Source of the DNA: Phycisphaerae bacterium
GTDB lineage: Bacteria; Planctomycetota; Phycisphaerae; Phycisphaerales; SM1A02
Direction of reading: 5' to 3'
Length of the DNA stretch: 64,000 nucleotides
Assembly: GCA_002722935.1 (NCBI GenBank)
Contig: PBMX01000010.1
Coordinates: 2,169 to 66,168, forward strand
Part shown: in pieces, positions 56,916 to 64,000 of the stretch
Numbering within the stretch: the stretch's first letter is position 1
Layout of the letters: each line of letters starts with the position of its first letter
Made by a program: the position numbers and the translations under genes
Notes under the pieces: generated by a model
Databases searched by the model: none
What the model saw: the letters and a program-made list of their open reading frames with translations, nothing else
What the model was told of the DNA's origin: nothing

Positions 56916-59903
56916 TCACATGCCCGGTGCAAATCCACGGCGCATCGTATTTTCACACAGTGCCCTTGGAACCACGAACTGGGACAGGTACTCGCCGCCC
57001 CCGGCCTTGGATCCGATGCCGGACATGCCGAAGCCCCCGAAGGGCTGTCTTCCGACAAGCGCACCGGTACAGGACCGATTGAGGTAGAGATTGCCGACCC
57101 GGAACTCCCTCGTGGCCCGCTCAAGATGACTGGGCATCCTGCTGTAGACACCTCCAGTGAGCTTGTACGAGGGCATGTTGGCGATCTGAAGGGCATGGTC
57201 GAAATCCCTGGCTCGCAGCAGGGCGAGTACCGGCCCGAAGATCTCCCTGGTGGCGAGATATCCGTCCACCGGGGCGTCCACGAAGATGTGGGGTGCTATG
57301 AAGGGTTTCCCGACACGCTCGGCCAAGCCTTGCGGCACGCTGCCGGCATGGGCCAGGGTCGATTCTGCGTGGCCCTGCGCGATGGCCTCCTCGATCCGGT
57401 CGGCCGCCTCCTGGTCGATGACCGGCCCGATGTCGGTTCCCGGTGCAAGGGGATCACCGATGACCAGGGACTCCGTCGAGGCGACGAGCCGCTCGATGAA
57501 GGTGTCCCATGCCGACTCGACCACGATGGCCCTGCTGCAGGCGGAACACTTCTGGCCCTGGTAGTTGAATGCGCTGTCGCGAACACCGAGCACCGCTTCG
57601 TCCAGGTCCGCAGATGCGTCGACGATGATCGCGTTCTTGCCGCCCATTTCACAGACGACCCGCTTCACCCATGGCTGGTTCTCGGGTGTGGAGCCGGCCG
57701 CTTCGACGATATCGAGCCCGACCGCCTTGGACCCGGTGAAGGCGATCAATGAAACTCGTGGATCGCGGACGAGCGCAGCACCGACCGTTTCACCCTCACC
57801 CGGGAGGAAGTGGAGGACCTCGCGAGGGACACCCGCCGCCCAGAGCAGATCGCACGCGATGCGGGCGATGCCCGGTGTCTGCTCGGCGGGTTTCACGATG
57901 ACCGTGTTCCCCGTGACGAGGGCCGCTGCGGTCATGCCCATGCAGATGGCCAGTGGGAAGTTCCACGGGCTGATGACGACGGCGACGCCGCGTCCCTCGT
58001 GGAATTGGAGGTCGAGTTCACCCATGAACCGGCCCAGGCGGCGATGCTCGTTGAACGAGAAGGCCTGCCTGGCGTAGTACTCGCAGAAATCGATGGCCTC
58101 GCAGACGTCGGCGTCGGCCTCCCGCCAGGTCTTCCCTGATTCACGGATGAGAACGCCGGAAAGCTCATCCCTTCTCGTACGCATCGCCGCCGCGGTGGCG
58201 ACGAGCATGGCGGACCGTTCATCCTGTTCACGATCCCTCCAGGCCGGGAAGGCCGAGGTCGCGGCGGCAAGCGCCTTGTCGGCGTCCTTGAGCGTACTCG
58301 TGTTCTCGACGGACGGGACCCGTGATCGACCGATGGCCTCGGCGAAGTTCTCGCGATTGGCGGCGAGGGAGAAATCACGCATCGGTTCGGTGAAGAAGGG
58401 GCGACCGTCGTCGATTGACGGAACACCATCACTCAGGGCATGTCGTTCCGGTCGAGCCGCTGCACGTGCAAGGCCCGGGTCCTCTCCCTCGGAACCATGG
58501 GGCGAAGCAAGGAGTTCATCGGCGGTCATCGTGTCCAGGGCGCTTCCGCGCAGCCAGGATTCGTTGGAGGTGTTCTCGAGCAGCCTCCGCACGAGGTAGG
58601 CCATGCCGGGAATCATCTCACCCACGGGCACGTATTCCCGGATCCGCAGACCACGTTCGTTGCAGACCTGCTTCATCTGGTCGTTCATGCCACGGAGCAT
58701 CTGGACCTCGAACGCGTTCATGGGAAGGCCCGCTTCCTCGACCGCCACGATTCCGCACGCGAGGGAACGAACATTGTGTGAACCAAGGGCGAGCTTCGTG
58801 CCGCCGTGCCCGGCCTCCCTCGGGGTCGCCTCGATGAACTGGTGCGTCATGCGTTCGAAGCAGGCGTCCGTATCGCGCTTTCTCGACCAGACCGGTTCCG
58901 GCCAGCCGTGCATGTCGGCATTGATGATCTCCTCGTCCCAGTAGGCACCCTTCACGAGCCGGACGGTGACGACGCGACCGGTCGCCTTCGACCACTCGAT
59001 GATGCGCCTTGCATCCTCGTCTCCGCTTCGGAGGTAGGCCTGCAATGCCAGCCCGGCTTCGAAGTCGTACGTTTCGCAGCAGCGTTCGAACAACGAAAGG
59101 GTGAGGTCCTTGAACGCATGATGCTCCATGTCGAAGTTCACGAGAACGCCGTTGCGACCCGCTCGTTCGAGGATCGGCCCGATCATGTCCACGAGGCCGT
59201 CGAGCGAACCCTCGAAGTCGATTGGATCCGTCCTTGCGTAGAGGGAGCTGATCTTGATCGAGACATTCGTCCGCGGGACGGGCCCGAGGTGATCCGTTTC
59301 CAGGACGGGGTTGGACTTCCAGTCTCCCACCTCGCGAGGAAGTGTTTCGACGAGGTCCATGTATCGCTGCTGGTAGACCTCGGCTTCACTGCAACTGACG
59401 CAGGCTTCGCCGAGCAGGTCGACCGTGAAGCCGATGCCCTGGTCCCACATCTTCTTCAACTGGGGAAGGGCCGACGCGGCATCGGTTCCGGCGATGAATC
59501 GGCCGGCCATGGCCGTGATCCGTCCCGAAACCATCTTCGACATGGCCCCCTTGAGAAGACCGCCCGCGCCCAGTCCAACTCCAAGCCCCGGGGGAAGGGT
59601 GACTCCCGGCTGGGACAGGTAATCGACGAGGTGCTCATGAACCTGCTTCGGCGTCTTCAGGCTTGGGAAGGTGTCGATGAATCGGAAGAGCTGGACCTTG
59701 AAGGCCTCGTCCTTCATGGCCCAGTCCATGAGCTTGTCGGACCAGAACGCCGTCGAGAGCATCCCGGATCCGGCCTTGTTCATCTCCTCGAGAAGTGAAC
59801 GGCCACAGTCCTGGATCCGCGCCTCGAGGGCGGGATCGGATGCTGCGTGTCCAGTCGTGTCCGCGACTGCCGTGCGGGTTCGATTCTTTCGGAAAAGTGC
59901 CAT
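56916..59903 (-). CDS. putA: bifunctional proline dehydrogenase / L-glutamate-gamma-semialdehyde dehydrogenase
   Basis: N-terminal PRODH barrel region and C-terminal ALDH motifs (VVCEMGGKNA, QGQKCSACSR). Start placed at the internal ATG MALFRKN. Confidence 0.9.
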   Translation of the reverse strand: MALFRKNRTRTAVADTTGHAASDPALEARIQDCGRSLLEEMNKAGSGMLSTAFWSDKLMDWAMKDEAFKVQLFRFIDTFPSLKTPKQVHEHLVDYLSQPGVTLPPGLGVGLGAGGLLKGAMSKMVSGRITAMAGRFIAGTDAASALPQLKKMWDQGIGFTVDLLGEACVSCSEAEVYQQRYMDLVETLPREVGDWKSNPVLETDHLGPVPRTNVSIKISSLYARTDPIDFEGSLDGLVDMIGPILERAGRNGVLVNFDMEHHAFKDLTLSLFERCCETYDFEAGLALQAYLRSGDEDARRIIEWSKATGRVVTVRLVKGAYWDEEIINADMHGWPEPVWSRKRDTDACFERMTHQFIEATPREAGHGGTKLALGSHNVRSLACGIVAVEEAGLPMNAFEVQMLRGMNDQMKQVCNERGLRIREYVPVGEMIPGMAYLVRRLLENTSNESWLRGSALDTMTADELLASPHGSEGEDPGLARAAARPERHALSDGVPSIDDGRPFFTEPMRDFSLAANRENFAEAIGRSRVPSVENTSTLKDADKALAAATSAFPAWRDREQDERSAMLVATAAAMRTRRDELSGVLIRESGKTWREADADVCEAIDFCEYYARQAFSFNEHRRLGRFMGELDLQFHEGRGVAVVISPWNFPLAICMGMTAAALVTGNTVIVKPAEQTPGIARIACDLLWAAGVPREVLHFLPGEGETVGAALVRDPRVSLIAFTGSKAVGLDIVEAAGSTPENQPWVKRVVCEMGGKNAIIVDASADLDEAVLGVRDSAFNYQGQKCSACSRAIVVESAWDTFIERLVASTESLVIGDPLAPGTDIGPVIDQEAADRIEEAIAQGHAESTLAHAGSVPQGLAERVGKPFIAPHIFVDAPVDGYLATREIFGPVLALLRARDFDHALQIANMPSYKLTGGVYSRMPSHLERATREFRVGNLYLNRSCTGALVGRQPFGGFGMSGIGSKAGGGEYLSQFVVPRALCENTMRRGFAPGM

Positions 59904-60037
59904 GTGAAGGATGCGGATCCAGTCTGAAACCGGGGGAAGTATACCAGTGGGACCCATGTGCCCGGAATGGAAGCGAAGGGCCTCGGTTCTCCTTGTTCCG
60001 GGTATGGTGGTCCGCTCATGCGGAAGAAGGCGACATC

Positions 60038-60943
60038 ATGACGATGGCCCAGGCCGGAGACACGTGGACGACGCGTCGACTCCTGGACTGGATGCAGGAG
60101 CACTTCCAGTCCAGGCAGGTGCATGCGCCCGACGTGACGTCACAGATGCTTCTTTCGCACGTGCTGGGAGTCGAGCCCATCATGCTGTATACGGATCCTG
60201 ATCGACCGGCATCCAACGAGGAACGAGCCCGACTTCGTGAACTCGTCGCCAGGGCCGCGAACCATGAGCCGGTTCAGCATCTCGTGGGGGAGGGGTACTT
60301 CCTGGGACGGTCCTTCGAAGTCACCGAAGCCGTCCTGATTCCCCGCACGGCAACCGAGGTCATCCTGCAGGTCGTGATGGATCGACACCGGGGCGGAGCC
60401 GCCGATGGGGATGTGCCCGGCTTCAGGCATGCGCTCGACCTGGGAACCGGATCCGGTTGCCTGGCGATCTCCCTGGCACTCCAGGTACCGGGGCTCCAGG
60501 TACTGGCGACCGATGCCAGTGCCGACTCACTCGAGATCGCCGGCAGGAACATCGAGCGACACGGCGTATCCGAGCAGGTCAGGCTGCGGGAGGGAAACTG
60601 GTTCGAAGCCGTCGAGGGCGAAGCCCCGGAGGGGGGGTTCGATCTGATCGTCAGCAATCCTCCCTACATAGCCGATGCGACCTGGGAGTCGCTTGACGCA
60701 AGTGTCCGGGACCATGAACCGCCAGGCGCACTCAGGGGAGGGGCCGATGGACTCGAGTGCATCCGCTCGATCCTGGAAGATGTCGATGGCTTCCTGTCTC
60801 CACGCGGCCTGTTCGTACTCGAGTTCGGGGATGACCAGGCCCAGAACGTGCTCCGGATGGGGAATGAACTGGGCCCGTCCCGGATCCAGCGGGATGCCTT
60901 CGGCGATGAGCGTGTGCTCGTGATCGATCGGTCCGGGACCTGA
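60038..60943 (+). CDS. prmC: release-factor glutamine N5-methyltransferase
   Basis: DLGTGSGCLAISLA and IVSNPPYI motifs. Start at MTMAQAGDTW; the upstream part of the ORF is antisense to putA. Confidence 0.85.
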   Translation: MTMAQAGDTWTTRRLLDWMQEHFQSRQVHAPDVTSQMLLSHVLGVEPIMLYTDPDRPASNEERARLRELVARAANHEPVQHLVGEGYFLGRSFEVTEAVLIPRTATEVILQVVMDRHRGGAADGDVPGFRHALDLGTGSGCLAISLALQVPGLQVLATDASADSLEIAGRNIERHGVSEQVRLREGNWFEAVEGEAPEGGFDLIVSNPPYIADATWESLDASVRDHEPPGALRGGADGLECIRSILEDVDGFLSPRGLFVLEFGDDQAQNVLRMGNELGPSRIQRDAFGDERVLVIDRSGT

Positions 60944-60953
60944 AGGCTCGATC

Positions 60954-62408
60954 TCAGGTGACGGCCTTCGTGACCGCATCGACCAATTGGGAAGTCTTGA
61001 AGGGCTTGAAGAGCACGGTCTGCATCCCTTCCTGGCTCGCTCTGACGATCGAGTGGTTCGGGTCGTAGCCGAACCCCGTCATGAGAATCACCGGGATGCC
61101 CGGGAATCGATCCTGGGACTCCCTGAAGAGTTCATAGCCGTTGAGATCGGGCATCTTGATGTCCGAGAGCAGGAGATCCGGCGACGAATCGGCCCTGGCG
61201 ACTTCCTCCAACTGCTCGATCGCCTCTGCGCCGTTGGAGCAGATCATGACCTCGCAACCGAGTTGTTCCAGGATCTTCGCGACCATCCTCCGGATGTTCG
61301 GTTCATCGTCGGCGACGATGACGCGTTTCCCCGCGAGGGCTTCGACGGGTTCCAGCGCCGCGAGCGCCTGCTCGGCATCCAGGATCGAGCGGGGGCCTGC
61401 TGCGGACGCCTGGATCCTGTTCCGCATCATGTGAATGGCGTCGTTGAGACGAGCAAGTCGTTCATCTCCCTCGTCCGCGTCATGCTTCAACTCCTGGACG
61501 ATCAGGGAGATGTCCTGCAGCGGCGTTTCGAGATCGGACAGGAGCGACATGGAGGCCTGCTCGCTCGTCGTGAAACGCTCGACCACGAGCAGGTCGAGCA
61601 TGTGCATGGCCATCGCGATGTACTCACCGAAGAGCTCGGCCAGTTCCTCGTCCTTCTCCGTGAAATGAGCCTTGGAGTTCGATTCGATGTTGAAGACACC
61701 GATGATGTCCTCGTGCATCCGCAGCGGGACGGTCAATGTCGAGGCGGCGTCGTCAAGTCCTTCCCTGTACAGCGGATCGTCCTGCACGTCGTCGCAGCGG
61801 TAGGAACGACCGGTTGCGGCCACCCATCCCGAAATGCCGTTGCCGGCTTCCTCTGCATAGATCACTTCACCGATCTTCAGGGGGTTGATGTTCTCCGCGA
61901 TGACCAGTTCAAGCTGGCGGGTCCTGGGCTCGAGCAGCCGGATCTCGAAGTTGTCGAATTTCAACTCCCGGCGGACATGCTCGACGATCTTCTCCTCGAG
62001 GAGGCGCAGCCGTTCAGCGACGTTCAGTTCCTCGACGGTGGATCGATCGAGGTGGAGCAATTCGACTCCGGCGGCGGCGATCACCTGTCGGCGGAGCTGG
62101 TGATTGCGGTCATCAGTCACCTCGAAGAGCATCCCGAGCCAGGCACCTCCCTCGGCCGGGGCCCTGAGGACTTCCCAGTGTCGTCCATCCTCGCTGAGGT
62201 GGGTTCTTCGGACCGGCTCCTCGGATGTGCCGCACCAGGAGATGCAGGCCTCGCGGAGAGTCTGGGAGAGGTCATCGAACCTGGGGTTGCTCCAGCGGGG
62301 CTTGCCATCGACCACGAGCACGATCGCGTCACCCAGCGTTCCCAGGTCCATGGGTTCGCCGTCGCTGGATCCACCAACCAGGTGCAATCGAGGTGGAGTA
62401 TCGTGCAT
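60954..62408 (-). CDS. GAF-domain protein with C-terminal receiver (REC) domain
   Basis: Central GAF-like region (LTVPLRMHEDIIGVFNIES). C-terminal REC: RVIVADDEPNIRRMV...LLLSDIKMPDLNGYEL...PVILMTGF...LFKPF. Confidence 0.8.
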   Translation of the reverse strand: MHDTPPRLHLVGGSSDGEPMDLGTLGDAIVLVVDGKPRWSNPRFDDLSQTLREACISWCGTSEEPVRRTHLSEDGRHWEVLRAPAEGGAWLGMLFEVTDDRNHQLRRQVIAAAGVELLHLDRSTVEELNVAERLRLLEEKIVEHVRRELKFDNFEIRLLEPRTRQLELVIAENINPLKIGEVIYAEEAGNGISGWVAATGRSYRCDDVQDDPLYREGLDDAASTLTVPLRMHEDIIGVFNIESNSKAHFTEKDEELAELFGEYIAMAMHMLDLLVVERFTTSEQASMSLLSDLETPLQDISLIVQELKHDADEGDERLARLNDAIHMMRNRIQASAAGPRSILDAEQALAALEPVEALAGKRVIVADDEPNIRRMVAKILEQLGCEVMICSNGAEAIEQLEEVARADSSPDLLLSDIKMPDLNGYELFRESQDRFPGIPVILMTGFGYDPNHSIVRASQEGMQTVLFKPFKTSQLVDAVTKAVT

Positions 62409-62509
62409 CGTCTCAAGCCCTCCCCGGGTTCCGGAAGCCCTTCAGGGGAAGCGTAGTCCGTATTCGCCTTGCGGCAACCGTCCAGCATCGGATTGGATTG
62501 GAGGCTCGC

Positions 62510-62538
62510 TTGACAATCGACGCCACGAACTGAATAGT
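62510..62538 (+). promoter_or_regulatory. candidate sigma-70-type promoter of the ABC-2 operon, -10 overlapped by a CGAAC-N6-GTTCG palindrome
   Basis: TTGACA (62510-62515), 17-nt spacer, AATAGT (62533-62538). The inverted repeat CGAAC TGAATA GTTCG spans the -10 element. Confidence 0.35.
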
Positions 62539-62613
62539 TCGACGATCCGCGGACCGGCGGCCAGATGGTGCATCGGCCTGATCCGGGGAGTCCCCTTGGA
62601 GTCATGGTGCGGT

Positions 62614-63381
62614 TTGCAGGCAACTGAAGGGCAACATGACGGAATCATCGTCCGGGGACTGGTCAAGCGGTTCGGGCGTATTCTCGCCGTAGACAACCTC
62701 GACCTGGACGTGGAACCCGGCTCGGTGGTGGGTTTCCTGGGGCACAACGGGGCGGGGAAGACCACCTCGATGCGGATGATCTGCGGGGTCTTGCCGCCGA
62801 CACGGGGATCGATCCGTGTCGGGGGCCATGATCTGCAGGCCAACCCCTCCGGCGCGGCAGGCATCATCGGCTACCTTCCGGAGGGTTCACCCCTCTACCC
62901 GGAACTGAGGGTTCTCGAGTACCTGCGGTTTCGATCCCGCCTCTACTCGCTCCAGGATCCCGTGGGATCCATCGACAGGGCCGTCGACCGGTGCGGGTTG
63001 CGGGACGTCGTAACTCGACCCATCGGTCAGTTGTCACGTGGGTATCGCCAACGCGTCGGACTGGCCGCCGCGATCCTTCATGATCCAGCGGTGCTTGTCC
63101 TGGATGAACCTACGTCCGGGCTCGATCCACTTCAGGTCATCGAGGTTCGTCAACTCATCGAGGAACTCTCGGAGGATCGAACGATCCTGCTCTCCACCCA
63201 CGTGCTCCAGGAAGTCGAGGCGATCTGTGACCGGGTGATCCTGCTGGCTCGAGGTCGACTCGTGGCACAGGGGGATCTCGCCTCCCTTCGAAGCGAGGCG
63301 GGCATGGAATCGGCGTCGTTGGAAGACCTCTTCGTATCCCTGACGGCCAAGGCGTTCTCATCGGGGGGAAGCGTGTCATGA
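62614..63381 (+). CDS. ABC-2-type transporter ATP-binding protein (GldA-like)
   Basis: GFLGHNGAGKTTSMRMI (Walker A), LSRGYRQRVGLA (signature) and VLVLDEPTSGLD (Walker B). Start uncertain (TTG at 62614 or 62596). Confidence 0.85.
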   Translation: MQATEGQHDGIIVRGLVKRFGRILAVDNLDLDVEPGSVVGFLGHNGAGKTTSMRMICGVLPPTRGSIRVGGHDLQANPSGAAGIIGYLPEGSPLYPELRVLEYLRFRSRLYSLQDPVGSIDRAVDRCGLRDVVTRPIGQLSRGYRQRVGLAAAILHDPAVLVLDEPTSGLDPLQVIEVRQLIEELSEDRTILLSTHVLQEVEAICDRVILLARGRLVAQGDLASLRSEAGMESASLEDLFVSLTAKAFSSGGSVS

Positions 63382-64000
63382 GAACGTGCAGCGCCATCGC
63401 CGGGCGGGACTTCCGCTCGTTCTTCCTCTTCCCGTCCGGCTACGTCGTGATCGCACTGTTTCTTCTCGGAAACAGCATCGTCTTCATGGGCGACGTCTTC
63501 GTACAGGGACAGCCGGCGACCATGCGGAGCATCTTCGACTTCGATGTCGTCCTGCTGCTCTTCCTGTGTCCTGCGGTGACGATGCGATCAGTCTGCGAGG
63601 AACGAAGACTGGGGACACTGGAGTTGATCGCCGCAAGCCCGGCAAGCACGACATCATTCATCGTCGGCAAGTTCCTCTCCGCCCTCGCCTCGCTGATCGT
63701 CATACTGCTCCCGACCCTCGTCCTGGTGATGCTGCTCGAGGTGTACGGACAGCCCGACTACGGGGAGATCGCATCGGGATACCTGGGCCTGCTGCTCGTT
63801 GGTTCGATGTACCTCTCCAGCGGGATACTCGCCTCGGTCGTCTCCGGTTCCCAGACGATCGCCTACCTGCTGTCCGTCTTCTTCTTCGTCCTGCTGAGTC
63901 TCGGTCGGGAAGCGTTGCCGGGGTGGATCGGACCCGATGCCTGGTCGGTGATCAAGCCGTTCGATCCGTTCCTGCGGATGCAGGATTTCACCATCGGCCT
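63378..64000 (+). CDS. ABC-2-type transporter permease (GldF-like), 3' end outside the window
   Basis: My own translation from the ATG overlapping the upstream TGA gives MRTCSAIAGRDFRSFFLFPSGYVVIALFLL...VTMRSVCEERRLGTLELIAASP, the typical ABC-2 permease N-terminus. Open to the window end. Confidence 0.7.
   Translation, partial: MRTCSAIAGRDFRSFFLFPSGYVVIALFLLGNSIVFMGDVFVQGQPATMRSIFDFDVVLLLFLCPAVTMRSVCEERRLGTLELIAASPASTTSFIVGKFLSALASLIVILLPTLVLVMLLEVYGQPDYGEIASGYLGLLLVGSMYLSSGILASVVSGSQTIAYLLSVFFFVLLSLGREALPGWIGPDAWSVIKPFDPFLRMQDFTIG

Noticed and set aside
60987-62456. 489-aa forward ORF.
   Set aside because: It is antisense to the GAF-REC gene, whose receiver-domain motifs are unambiguous. 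No recognisable domain on the forward frame.

Overview
GC-rich bacterial chromosomal segment. Several gene families suggest Planctomycetota, possibly Phycisphaerae-like (inference only): a PSCyt1/DUF1549/DUF1553 + DUF1501 pair, a DUF1573 protein, a PEP-CTERM tail, a prepilin-type FTLVELLVV N-terminus, and secreted FG-GAP proteins with dockerin-like ends. I support about 60 protein genes and 3 tRNAs (Asn-GTT, Leu-CAG, Lys-CTT). I saw no rRNA, CRISPR array, transposase or integrase. Most genes are housekeeping: rplM-rpsI, rpmE, prfA, prmC, recA, uvrB, purD, gcvH, cmk, plsC, dtd, putA, a csp gene, a cysteine desulfurase and mqnA. The one clearly accessory region is about 7.5-20.9 kb. It holds a Wzy/O-antigen-ligase-like protein, a flippase-like protein, two FG-GAP/dockerin-like secreted proteins, a PAPS-type sulfotransferase and three GT4 glycosyltransferases. 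These are followed by sat + cysC (PAPS synthesis), and a secreted protein with collinear GH56 (animal-type hyaluronidase) motifs flanks the locus. I read this as a candidate sulfated surface-glycan system and rank it the most interesting signal. Other observations: uvrB is interrupted by one in-frame TGA at a conserved position; five phased CCGAA repeats sit in the recA promoter; ribosomal protein S9 has an acidic tandem-repeat N-terminal extension; a multi-HTH protein has no assignable function; an unknown ORF abuts the prfA stop codon; a divergent HTH/TPR regulator region carries three inverted repeats; and a palindrome-rich, possibly structured element lies downstream of tRNA-Lys. All family assignments come from motif recognition by eye, since no searches were run.
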